Shown: in pieces, positions 42,214 to 56,706 of the stretch
Numbering within the stretch: the stretch's first letter is position 1
Layout: every line of letters starts with the position of its first letter
Assembly: GCA_012295275.1 (NCBI GenBank)
Contig: CM022675.1
Location: 7,564,001-7,628,000 of the forward strand
From: Chrysomallon squamiferum
Taxonomy: Eukaryota; Animalia; Mollusca
Reading direction: 5' to 3'
Length of the DNA stretch: 64,000 bases
The notes under the pieces: model-generated
Database searches by the model: none
The model's input: the letters and a program-made list of their open reading frames with translations, nothing else
What the model was told of the DNA's origin: nothing
Program-made: the position numbers and the translations under genes

Positions 42214-42696
42214 ATGTATTCAGTGTTTAAAATGACGACTATAAACAGCAGATCTGCGTACATTTTTGCGCTCTTGATTTTTCTGAACAGCTTCTCAATC
42301 TCGTTCACGTGCATCATGCTTTTGAACGGGTGGACGCCGTTGTCGGTGTATGAAAGAACCGAGTATGCCGACGTCGTTTTAAGCGGCTACGTCCTGGAGG
42401 CCGCCAAAGACATCCGTTCTGATTCCGAGACCTACGTCGCTCAAATTCAGGTTCTCACCGTCTACAAGGGCAACGACCTAGTCAACGACGTTTCTCCCGT
42501 TTCTGGGAGCAGCAACGTCTACTCCGTCAGTAACTTTGGGGATAAATCAATGTGTTACGCCGACGTCGACGTCGGCAACAGCTACATTTTCTTCCTGACT
42601 GTGTATCGGGGACGTTTTCGGCTAAGTATGATGATATTTTCGGAGCCACTGCCGATTTGACGAAAAACAACGAACAGCAAGTTTTAGATTATTTGG
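42214..42696 (+). CDS. exon 1: signal peptide + agrin-type NtA (OB-fold) domain
   Basis: Hydrophobic [17 protein letters not shown], then C...[14 protein letters not shown]...VYKG...NFGD..C...V..G..YIFFL; continues as [10 protein letters not shown]...VLDYL in a shifted frame to donor G/gtaagt; start may be ATG 42214 or 42232. Confidence 0.82.
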
Positions 42697-44564
42697 GTAA
42701 GTGGATGTTTTTATTTATTTATTTGTTTATTTGTTTGTTTGTTTGTTTGTTTGTTTGTTTTATTGATTTGTTTATTTGTTTATTAATATTTATTTATTTA
42801 CTTAGTTATTTATTTATAATTATTTATTTGTTTGTTTATTTGTTTGTTTGTTTATTTGTTTGTTTGTTTATTTGTTTGTTTGTTATTTATTTGTATGTTT
42901 GTTTATATATTAATATTTATTTATTTATGTTAATTATATATTTTGTATTAGTTTAAATTAATTACTTCTAATTACATTTATAAAATTACGTATGTTGTTA
43001 CCCAAAGATGGAAAGTAATTTTTATAGTGTAGATAACATGTAATAATATAAAAATGCTGCTGTTAACAATAATAATAAGCAACAACAACAACAACAACCC
43101 TAATAAAATAACCCGGAACACGTTTTGTTGTTCTAAAATTGCAGATAACCTTTAATTAATTCAACAAAATATAACTGTTGTAAATTTATTTTAATAATTA
43201 TTATTAAAATAATTTGGCTTCTTACATTATTCAAAATCAAATAAAGTTTACGTTTACGTATAATTACTATTAAATATTAATTTTAAGTCAGAAATAACTG
43301 TTCTAAAAATAAAATGTTAACCTGACATTACTACTACTACTACAACAGCAATTACTACTACTACTACTATTACAACAACAACACTATTACTACTACAACA
43401 AATACTACCATTACTACTACTATTCCTTCTGCTACTTTTATTACTGCTGCTATTATTGCTACTACTACTAACTAAGAACAATAAATTAATAAGTAAAATA
43501 ACGAGAATTAAATATTATTAAAATTTGGAAGAACAAATCAACAATAAATAAATAAATAAGTAAATAAATAAACAAATGAAATGTAATATAATATAAGAAA
43601 GAAAGCAGAAAAAACGAAACAAAACACAAACAAAACAACAACAACAACAACAATAGAAAGAAAAAAAAAAAAAAAAACAAGCAAGAAAAAAAAAAAAATA
43701 ATAATTAAAATAATTAAAACAAAATAAAATAAAATAAAATAAAACAAAATAAAACAAAATTAAATAACAACAAAATAAAATAAAATAAAATAACAACAAA
43801 ATAAATTAAACAGCAGAATATTAAGATTTTATCATTTCTATTTAAATATCACAATATTTCTTTTATCACAGTATCAAATATTGGAAATAACTTTAACCTC
43901 CCATTCCACGCCATAAAACTTATTTTATCCGATTTCGTCTTTACAATTGCCTTTGTCGTTTTGCCAATAATTAATTGGTTAGTGACATCTTATTAAAACA
44001 AATACCATTGCGTGCGGAGCGCACCGAATTCGGCCGAATCGAAGCGAGGCGATATCGGGCGATATCAGGCGATCGCAAAATTTGATGTTCGTTTCAATTC
44101 GTGTCTGACGCACTTCGCCTACTGCTAGGGTCGAATAAATGGATTTCGGATTGTCAGTTTTGTGAAAAACTTAATGAAACTTTATCGCTGGATCGGAATC
44201 TCAATTTCCTTTTGTTACTGAACCAGAAAATAAGGTTATATCGAGTGTTAAAACGGGAATGAATGAACGCACGCAAATCTTTCCGGAGATACGAAACTGG
44301 TGGTGCAGTTCGAGCGTTTTATTTTCTCAAAGGCTTGGCGACGTTTTTTGGTACGAATTGACGTCGTTTTTTTGTTTATGACAAAACAGGTTGAAAACGT
44401 TAATGTGAATGCAATGAAACGTTTGAGTGAGTGAGAATTATGTTCGAGTTTTAAAGCTTGACATAAGATATAAAAAAATGACTGTAAAAGTAATAGTAGT
44501 AGTAGTAGTAATAGAAGTAGTAGTTGTAGTAGTAGTAATAATAATAATGATGACGATGATAATA

Positions 44565-44614
<50 letters not shown>

Positions 44615-44666
44615 TAATAGTAATAAATAAATAAGTAAATAAATATTACTACAGCTATTTTTATTA

Positions 44667-44697
<31 letters not shown>

Positions 44698-44962
44698 CAT
44701 TATTATTGAAATAAATGTATAAACAATCGAAGAGTCAACTAAATAAATTAAAAGTAAATAAATGTTTTACAAAACACTTGTAATTTAGAACAAAAGAAAA
44801 ACACAAGAAAAACAAACAAACAAATATACAAACTAATAAATAAATAAATATTTTATTTATTTCATTTTATTATTTCTTTATTTCTTTATTTATTTATTAA
44901 ATTTTATTTAAAAATTATTTTATTTTATTGTTATATTTTAATTTATTTTTTTACAACCTTCT

Positions 44963-44997
<35 letters not shown>

Positions 44998-45516
44998 GTC
45001 TTATACCATCACTCACTCTCGGTAATAGAATAAGTGTTTCAATTATAGTTTTTTTTTATTGTAAATAATTTCTTTTACAATTCAATTTTCTGTTAGCCGG
45101 TTTTGAAAGATTTAAAAACGCGGAATGCCGTAGAATTCGCGTAAATCTTTCCGTGGTTTGTCACTTTTCATAAACTTTAATTTAACACAGACACAACACC
45201 TGTCACTTTTTCAAAAAAACTCGATCTCTGGTAATGGTTTTTCGAAATAGAATGGATGAAAAAATAACAAGGTTTTTTTTTTTTTTTTTTTTTTATTCTT
45301 TTAATATATATTGTTATAATTTTTTTTTTAATTTTTTTTTATTTCTTGTCGTTGAAATTGAAATTGAATCGGTTTTTTTTCTTTTTTCATTTTGTTTTAA
45401 TTTTTTTTTTTAAACTTATTATCTTTTTGAATTTATTTATTTATTTATTTATTTATTTATCGATTTTTTTATTTAATATTATTATTATTGTTGTTGTATA
45501 TTATTTGTTTCCTGAT

Positions 45517-45603
<87 letters not shown>

Positions 45604-45771
45604 TTTTATTTTATTTTATTTTATTTATATTATTATTTATATTATATTATTTTATTTTTTTATTATTGTTTTTAAATTAATTAAATTTATCGGTCATACA
45701 TTTGGATATTTGAAAATATGTTTCGTTCGATATACAGTTTTAGTCTATAATACTTTTGTAATTAAATAACC

Positions 45772-45833
<62 letters not shown>

Positions 45834-45852
45834 CAACAACAACAGTAACAAC

Positions 45853-45892
<40 letters not shown>

Positions 45893-46022
45893 GCAATAAT
45901 ATTAATGAAAATAATAATAATAATAATAATGATATTGAAAATGATAATGATAATACTAACACCAACACTAATATTAACAATAATACTATAAATGTTATTA
46001 CCACTGCTACTACTATTATTAT

Positions 46023-46072
<50 letters not shown>

Positions 46073-46406
46073 TGTAAATTCATCCCTTTCTCATAGTAAT
46101 AGTCAAAGGTTTTTGGGGTGACAAAATCGAGGTCTAAGGCGCCAACGAAATCTTAAATCTTGCTATTTCACACATGGTTTATTTTATATCGCTATTCGAT
46201 ACGGGAATCGTGTTACGACGTTACACATACGCTAGTTATATTATCGCTGAAAAATAAAATGTCGACCAGGTATGAAAAATATTTAAAGTGTTACCGCTTG
46301 TCGGCTCGTATCTGTGAAATCGCTGTGCTTATTTTTATTGTAGTTTTATAGCAAAGATAAATATATATATATAAATAAAATAAATAAAAAATAAAAAATG
46401 TTCAAA

Positions 46407-46447
<41 letters not shown>

Positions 46448-46749
46448 ATAAATAAAAAATAAAAAATGTTCAAATCCGGATTACCGCCATACTTATTTTT
46501 AATTTAACTTTAATTTTTTTTAAATATTCTTCTTCTTCTTCTTCTTCTTATTATTATTATTGTTGTTATTGTTGTTATTATTGTTATTATTGTTTATTAT
46601 TATTATTATTATTATTGTTATTATTATTATTATTATTTATTATTACTACTATTATTATTATCATTATTATTTATTATTATTATTTTATTAGTATTATAAT
46701 TTATTATTTATTATTATTATTTTATTATTATTATAATTTATTATTATTA

Positions 46750-46815
<66 letters not shown>

Positions 46816-47281
46816 TTTTTTATTTTTTTTTTTCAATTAAAAAATTATTAGGAAATAAAACTGTTCTGTTGAAAAATGTATTTCATAAAAAAATAATGTA
46901 AAATGGATAAAAATATATTTTAACATAATTTTATAAATCTCATGGTTTAAGTATTTGTTACATTTCAGTTTGTGATCGGTTTTTGTTTTCAGAAAAATAT
47001 TTTATTTGATATTCAGTGATGATAAGTATTAATGATAATAATGATATTAATGATGATGACGATGACAAAAGTAGCAGTAGTAGTTGTATAAGAAGTAGTA
47101 GTGGTAGTAATAGTAGTAGTAGTAATTTATTTAAAAAATGAATAAACACATAATTGTTCTTAATGATATTAATAAAATGATTACAAAAAAACAACAACAA
47201 CAACAGTGCTAAATTAAATGTAAATTAATAAATAAGTAATTATATGACATTGATAATAACTACTACTACTACTACTGCTTG

Positions 47282-47313
<32 letters not shown>

Positions 47314-47535
47314 ATAATAATAATAATAAATAAATAAATAGAAATAAATCAATAAGTAGATAAATAAAACAATGATTGAATGAATGAATGAATACATAAG
47401 CGTTCAGAAATAAATAATTAAATATATAAATACATAAAAAAAAAAATCCAGTAAATAAAAATGCCTTAATTTCTTCGTATCAATGACATTTATAATCATT
47501 TCGAAACTCTAATAACAAATTACGTCGTAAAATAA

Positions 47536-47571
<36 letters not shown>

Positions 47572-48617
47572 AAATGAATGCAAGGCCATAAAATTATTTT
47601 TCTCTCTTTATTGTTCCTCTTTTGCAAATGGATGCGAGTCTGAACACCTTTAATATTTTAAATCGTAGCCTTCGGTGTTTTTTTTTTTAAAAACCCAGTC
47701 GCATCTTAGTTAATAGCTATGTCATTCTTATAGTTCCATTCTTGTCCTTTCTTCCGCCCCAATAGCTTCTGGCTACTTCTGCCATTGAAAATAAATTATC
47801 TGTTTGTAAACGGTTAACTCCCTTTAATCATCCGCCCAAGGCCGTTGACTGACGTAAATTACCGATCGTTTACGACGAAAGTCGGCGAAATAATACAGTG
47901 CTCGTTCCTATTCGCCCGTGGGTTAGAAATCTTTTGTTCTGCTAATGACAGATAAGGATGCCTCTTAGATATTTTTCTGTTTTTTTTTCTTCTTCTTCTT
48001 CGGGTAATTTCCCCCCGTTTTGTGTTAATTCGAACGGGACTTGACATTCAATGGCGGCGACTATGTAATCACGCGCCTTGCACGCGCTAGGCGAAACTGA
48101 AAAAGAGGCCAGGGCTTTGGCGGCAGCTTGTAAGAAAGGAGCAATAGACGGGGTTTCTCTTCAAAGATTTGTATAAAATTTCTGTTTGCTGACAAGTATA
48201 ATTAAGGTCCGGCGGTTAGGCGTGATCCAGACCCGTTGATTAACATATTTGACACCAGATGGACTTAGGCAATCCCACGCTTGAAGGCGGTGTTTTCGTC
48301 TTTTTGTTCCCTGGGAAATTAGGTTTCTTTCTGCGAGTGAATAAAAAAAAAAAAAAACGTTGCAGTTTCTTTGGGAATTTTTTTAATCATTTTTTTTTTT
48401 TTTTAATATCCACGTGTTAGTGGTCAAAGGAGAATGATCCAGTTAAAACCACATCTGTCTGTCTGTCTGTACACATATCTGTATATCTATTTCTATGTTT
48501 CTACCTATGTATCTCTCTATGTCTTCATTTTTTTCATCTGTTTGTATTGCTGTGTACTGCTGTATATCATTCAGTCGTTCTCTCTGTGTCTGCTGATATT
48601 TCTATGTCTGTCTGTTT

Positions 48618-48705
<88 letters not shown>

Positions 48706-48743
48706 TTCTGTTTATTTATCTATCTATCTGTTTATCGGTCCTT

Positions 48744-48821
<78 letters not shown>

Positions 48822-49718
48822 CATCTCTCTATCTATCCATCCATCCATCCATCTGTTTATCTGTTCTTTCTTTCTTTCTCTGTGTATCTCTCTTTTCCAC
48901 CTTTTTCATCTTTACAAAAACGTAAATCGTCCAGATTTAAAATACACCCTCCCCTCCCTCTCCCCGTCCAATTCTCCCACCAACATATGGTGCTTTATAA
49001 CCAACCACAATAAGGCCACCCCGTCGTTTTAAGAGCCTCAGCCCCGCCCTAAGACTGTATTAGACTAAAGACTTCTTTAAAAAAAAAAAGATACTGATGA
49101 CTCTGTTACAATGGTAATGACTGAGGAATCTGGACCCAGGCTTTTTTTTTTTTTTTTTTGAACGTGGGACTCGTTAAACCTGAACGAGCAGTTCCTTTTC
49201 CTTGTCTCCTTCCGAGCTTTTTTTTTTTTGCGTGATTTTTCACAATCCTCGCTCGACCACGCATCATCACGTCTCCTTTATTCCCTACTCCGCGTATATA
49301 CCTTGTTTTTTTTTTTTTCTTTCTTTTTCTCCTCCCCCCCTCCCCTCTCCCCGTCGACCTTCATCTGACCTCCTTCTGTGTCGTCTGCTCGGTGGGGGGC
49401 GCGCGCTGGCTTTTCCTACGGAAGAGTGGGAGTGGAGCGATTCACGAAGCCCGCCTGTGTGGGTAAATTCGCTCCACTGATGATTGACACTGGGTTTAAT
49501 TCGGCCCATCTCCGGCTGCTTTCACTAATGTTGACAGCGGGACGTGTGCGAAATAATCCCCGTAAGAAAACATCATCTGGGGTACGCGAACATTTTCTGT
49601 ACCCGTATTTTTAAAAATATTTTTTTTTTTACCTATTCTTCTTCGTCAGTTTCTTTCTCCTGTTTTTTTTCTGTCTTTAGCTTTATCAGCGTCGTTTAAA
49701 TATGTAAAAACAGAGATG

Positions 49719-49789
<71 letters not shown>

Positions 49790-49888
49790 TTTACGAAACA
49801 AATCAACGCACACATTAATAGACAATAATTTTTATTTTTATTTAAAAAAAAAAAAAAAAAACGGATGATGCTTCTTTCAGTTACATCA

Positions 49889-49923
<35 letters not shown>

Positions 49924-50642
49924 GTGACACATTCGCGCCGTCACCCGTCCTGTCACCCACCCACCCTTCTCCCACCCTCAACAACACCGGGGTGTTCATC
50001 GTTTTCGATCAAGTGGTTTGATAACGTCAGCAAATCCGAGAGCGTTTGCAAACAACAATCAGGCAGCCAGCGAAATAACGCTTCAACGGCGCTATCTTAT
50101 CCGGCGTAAATCCCTCCCTATAGAAGAGCGCACTCCAGTACTCGATGTGCCTTTTGTTAAACTGCGGCGATGTTTTCTTTCATGCTGCTGAGAACAGCCG
50201 TAATGACAAATGACAGCAGTGTGCGGTACACCGGGAATGAATTGAAAATACACTTACAATGGATACATGCATCGGTGATACAGCCAGCTCACGGAGATAG
50301 ATAGATACAAGCATGTGTGTACACACACACACACACACATACACATATATATACATGCATACATTCATATACATATAAATACAAGTATATACACATATAC
50401 AAACATTATATGCATACGAAGGTTATCGTTTTTCGTTGTAATTACAATTAGAATCATTATTAAAGATTTAAGAATTAAATTAGTTACAAAGTAACTCTTA
50501 GGATCAAAACGTGGGGGTTTGTTTGTTGGAAACTCTTATATCACGGCTACCGTAATCATAGCCCATTCTGAACCCAAACTGATAAACAAAATGGCCTCCA
50601 GCATCCGAAATAAAATGTCATATTATTTGGAAAGAATTTTTT

Positions 50643-50681
<39 letters not shown>

Positions 50682-52619
50682 CTGCCTACGGTATTAAGCT
50701 GTAAATATATGTGGGTTTTTTTTTTTTTTTTTTTCGTAACGCCAAACAGATGAATCCTTGATGTAAATTCAAGCAGGATAAATGAATAACTTGCAGTTGG
50801 CTTAGCAGCCAGAATTTACTTGCGTGGCGAACGAGTTACACGGAAAATGACGAGCGATGATAACAACCGCCATGAACGACACTGGTTGTATTAAGATCAC
50901 GTCGCGTTCGTTATTATTTATGTATCTTGTTTCATTCTTTATTCTCGATGATTCGAGCGCGTAAAAAGTGTTCTTGAAGACCTCTTAAGTGTCATCGAAT
51001 ATTAGAAAAAAAAAAGAAGAAGAAGAAGAAAAAAAGAGGTAAATAAATAAATAATGGAAAAAATTTGAAAAGTAACACGACTTTCTCTGGACAAGACACA
51101 AAAATGACATCAGGAGAGGTCACAATTTTCACCACTGTTCGCATTTCTCCGCCATTGTTCGCCATTGTCCGATACTGTTCGTGGACACAGACAAATAATG
51201 CTCGTGTTTGAGAAAAGAAGAAGAAGAACATTGCTAAACAGAGCGGGAAACGTCGATCTCACGTCTGCGTTTTTCGCGGGCGAAATCCGATCGCTCGTTG
51301 TTTAACTTTGAATGCGTATTTCTAACAACCAGAAGCTGTTGTCTGTCCATTCCTTTTATACAGAAACCATTGACAGACGCACGCACCGACAACGTATACA
51401 AGACAGAGGCGGTTCCAGTGTTTCATCACGGGAGGAGGGTTCCTTCGTGACTGATTTAATTTTCAAAAAAAAAAAAAAAAAAAAAAAAATGTTTGTTTAA
51501 ATATAAACGTGAAAAAAAAAAAAAAAAAGAGGGAGGGGGTTGTGACGGGTATACCCTCCCCCACCCAGAACCCGCCCTTGCTGTCTATTAAATTAACTAT
51601 TCCGCCTCGTTTGTTGTTCCCGCCGCTAAATGGTTTGCACAACTAAGGGAGATAATCGAGAGTAAATATGAAAATATTATCGTTAACCGTGACTGTTCGT
51701 TTGAGGCCCTCACTGGGTGACGTTTGTTTCAACGAATAATAATTACTCAGTTAAGTAAATTGAATCAGTTGTTTATCGTGGCGCTATAATTAAGTTTTGT
51801 CAATTTAAATAAAATATATGTTTTACAGGTGTTGGTCACTATATACAAGAAATTTATAATTAAGGAGTAAAACAATAATTTTTATCTTAAGCACCCATTG
51901 CGGGCCTCACTGCCCAGACCACACGCACTCATTTATTGTATACTATGATATTTGATATTACATAAAAAAAAAAAAAAAAAAAATCTTTCTTTCTTTTTAA
52001 AATTCAAAAGATATTCTACTAGATGTTTTTATTTCGTACGAATATTGTAACTCTATTGACATCTAAGAAACTTGATGTTTTTAAATTATTTGTGTCACTA
52101 ACCTATCTGTTTCCCTTTTCTTCTTCTTTTTTCTTTTTGCTCTTTATCAAAATATATGGTAAGTAATGTCCTGTCGTCTGCTAGGACGAACCTTTGAGGT
52201 AACTTTCTTGTAAAGCAAAAGAAAATTATTCTGAAAAATTATAAAGAGCACTTGTATGGCGTTATTAAAGAAAGTAAAACTTTGATTTAAAAAAACAAAA
52301 TATTTTATATTTTTTTTTACAATTTTTATTATTTCAGGCTGGCGTAGTTGGTCGCCATGGACAAGCTGCAGCGCCTCCTGTAATGGCGGCGTTCAAACGA
52401 GATCTCGGACATGCACGAGAGAAAGCGAGAGCGAATGCGAAGGTTCAAACACAAGTTCGAGGAAATGCAATGTATTTTCTTGCAAAGGTAAACAGACGAA
52501 CACACACACACACACAAATGTATCTTTTATCTCTCTCAAACATACATTTTGATACTGTGACAACAAAAAAAAAATGCAGTAATAAAGATCTTTCTTCTAA
52601 TTCTTCTTCTTCGGCTTCG

Positions 52620-52650
<31 letters not shown>

Positions 52651-52766
52651 CTTCTTCTTCTTTCTTTTTTCTTCTTCTTCTTCTTTTTCTTCTTCTTCTT
52701 TATTTCTTATTTCTTATTGTTATTTCTTTCTTATTTTTACTTTTATTTTTATTATTATTATTATTA

Positions 52767-52843
<77 letters not shown>

Positions 52844-54663
52844 TTCTAGATTCTGTTGATCTCACGGGTAAATTCAAAATGAAACGTCTGCCGTTCGGAG
52901 TGTACAAACATCCAAACAGGACGCACGCCTACAAAATAACGCCACAAGCCAAACTCTTCATCCCCGTTTCCATACTCTACCCGGTGAGCTTTCCGCGTGA
53001 CTTCAGCCTCGTTATGACCACTAAACTGTCTCCCGGTTTCCATGGCTACCTGCTAACAGTGAACGACATCAGGGGCCGTCAGAGGATTGGAATTCACTTC
53101 AGCACGACAATTACCTTCGAATACCTCGATTACCACGAAGGCAGAATTACCTCCCTTGAATTTGACGTCGACGCTACGGACAGTGAGTGGCATCACGTGG
53201 CTTTCAGCGTCAAAGATAATGTCGTGACGTTGTTCTACGACTGTGATGACGTCATGTCGAGGACGCTGGAGCGAAGCAAGACGTCAACATTTGGAACGAA
53301 CCTCATGATTGCGATTGGTCCATATTTCCCGCGAAATGGTCAGCCGTTTAGGGTAAGCGTGATTTTGAAACTTGCTTTGGGAATCGTTTACATGTTACGA
53401 TAACGCTGAAATATAGCTTACTGTTTGATAACTTTTATGGTTTAATCAATAACCGTTTTATTTCTTACATTAACTATTTTATAATTAAAAAAAAAAAAAA
53501 AAAAAAAAAACAAATAAATAAATAAAAAATAAATACGTAAATAAATAAATAAATACGTATAAATTAAACAAATATAGAACCAACAACCCCCACATCAACA
53601 ATGAATACGACAACAGCAACAATAATAAGAAACAACTGTAAAAACCACATTTTTGTCTTCAAGTATTAAACTAACGATATTTACGATTTTCAATACGACA
53701 TTCATTACAACAGACAACTGCAGTCGAACGTTTTATATTAAGCATAATTAACATAATTTATTCTGTTTCTGTTACACAGGGTTCTATAGAACAGCTTGTT
53801 CTCAGCACAGACTCGGCAGCAGCCGAACAGCAGTGTCATCAGCAGTTTGGAAACGTCATCCGCAACGTCGACAACGACCGTCAGACGAAAGGCAATGCAG
53901 ATAATGGTAACCACAGAGTAAAAGAGAAGAAGCTGAATAAAAATAGAAAACAGAACGACGACACTGACGTCGAAGTCGTCAGAGATATTACGACGCCAGC
54001 AGTCGTTAAAACTGCAGCAGCAACAACGTCGCCAGGTTTGTTATTTTTTGAAGACATTCTGATTTCCTGATTTTTTCTTTTTTTTTTTTCTGACGTGATT
54101 CAGTCTTGTTTAAAGATTTAAGAGAAAAAAAAAAAAAAAAAAAAAAAAACAATCAATCAATTAATAAATAAAATAAAATAAAAAAAATAAAAATAAAATA
54201 AAATAGATAAGAATAAAAGGTGTTAAAACTGACCAGTAGCTGTGATAAGTGCTAAAGGTCATTGAGTATATTTGGGTTGCAGTGTATCAGACTGGTTTCG
54301 ATTGGTCATCTTGGTCTCACTGCAGCGCCACCTGTGGTCATGGGAGACAATCCAGGATACTTCACTGTAACGACGACAACAGTAACGATGACAACTGCAT
54401 GTACAACAACAACACCGCGAGGACGGAAATAAGAACATGCCTTTTCAAAAACTGCGAAGGTGCATTCTTCTTTATTTCGAAAAATAGACGAACAGACAAG
54501 CAGACAGTCAGACAGAGAGATAAAGAAAAATAATATATAAAAATGACAGTAGTAAATGCGACATAATTTATAACATTCATAAAAAATGATTATAGGGAAA
54601 TTACAAAATGTATTTAGAAAAAAATATAATAAATAAATAAATAAATAAAAAAAATAATAGATT

Positions 54664-54745
<82 letters not shown>

Positions 54746-55230
54746 TAATTTACCCGATATTTAAATATTATGTTTTAAATTAATGTTTTATACTTTCAGA
54801 ATGTACTAAAAAGTGTGAAAATGGCGGAACTTGTACTCAAGGCATTTGTTTATGTTTACCTGGTTACCAAGGAGACCAATGTGAAATTCGTAAGTATTAC
54901 AATAAATATTATTTACCAACATTTCTTTAATTAACTGTGGCTTTATTTGTTTTCTCTGTGAATAAACAACAGTATAAAACTTTATAACTTTGTTTTTCAG
55001 AATGTTGAAAAATATAATTGGTTTCCAAATTTAATTGACAAATATATAATAAGTCAGTGTTTGAATCTTGTTCTTTTTTAATTATAGCAATTTGTTCTTC
55101 CGGTTGTCAAAATGGCGGACAGTGTGTCGGACCTGACTTGTGCGCATGCTCACTGAAGTACACAGGACGCACGTGCGAAATACGTAAGTATATTGACATA
55201 TTTAAGAAAATAACTATACTGTTCTAAAAC

Positions 55231-55322
<92 letters not shown>

Positions 55323-56062
55323 AAATAAATAAAAAATCACAGCTAACAATAAAAACATTTTCTGTCTATTTAAAATTTTTATTATTATCATTATTTTAAA
55401 TTCTATATTATCCATCATATTTCTTTTATGTAAAACACAAATTATAATTAATTTATTTATTTATTTATGTTTAGCCGTCTGCCAAGCCTGAATGTAGAAA
55501 TGGCGGGAGATGCATTTCTCCTGGAAAGTGCGCATGTCCGTATGGCTACTTACAGCCGATTTGCAAACGTAAGTCTTGTTTCAAAAATAATATTTTGTTT
55601 AACCGAAAAGAACAATAACTGAAAGGCTCACGTTCAAACACTGACTAGCCATATCTTTTTATATTAATATATTGGTATATCGATTTGACAGTTTTAAGAT
55701 AATTTATTTAAAGTTAAATTTGGTGTTAAACTGCTTCATAAAAATATAGTGTTTAGCAAGATTGTGGCGAAAAAAAAAAAAAAAAAAAAAAAAAATAAAA
55801 TAAAATATAAATAACAGAAACCCAGTCTTTTGTGACTTTTTACTCTCATTGATTAATTTTTATCTTTTTTTGTTTGTTTACAGCGGTTTGTTCGATGACG
55901 TGTTACAATGGCGGGAAATGCGCGAGACATAACGTCTGCAGGTGTAAAAAAGGTTACACTGGGAAAGATTGTTCAATAGGTAAATTATTAACCCTTTGTA
56001 TGTTAATATGAAAATTTCAAAATAATATAGCTTTCGATTATTACTTCTGTTCAAAAAGAAAG

Positions 56063-56155
<93 letters not shown>

Positions 56156-56173
56156 TTCGAAAAATATAAAATA

Positions 56174-56208
<35 letters not shown>

Positions 56209-56354
56209 CTGTATTTAATCTATTTCATTTATTTATTTTGTTGTTTTCAGCTATTTGTCCAAAAGGATGTTTTAATGGAGGAAAATGTGTAGCTGCTAAC
56301 AAATGCGCATGCCCACAGGGATATCGCGGGAAACAGTGTCAAAAAGGTACGTGT

Positions 56355-56416
<62 letters not shown>

Positions 56417-56667
56417 TTAATAACCAATCATTTAATAACTATTTTATAACACAACACTATTGGACTGTAGTTTTGACGTCATCACTCATTTGTTATGTAC
56501 TAAAATATGCTAATTTCTTTAATGTTATTTCTTTTAGCCAAATGTCGGCCTCGTTGTCGAAACAGAGGAAAATGTCTGGCACCAGGCGTCTGTCTGTGCA
56601 AACGTGGATTCTTTGGTCCCCTGTGTCAAAGATGTAAGTAAATTTATTTATTTATTTATTTATTTGT

Positions 56668-56706
<39 letters not shown>

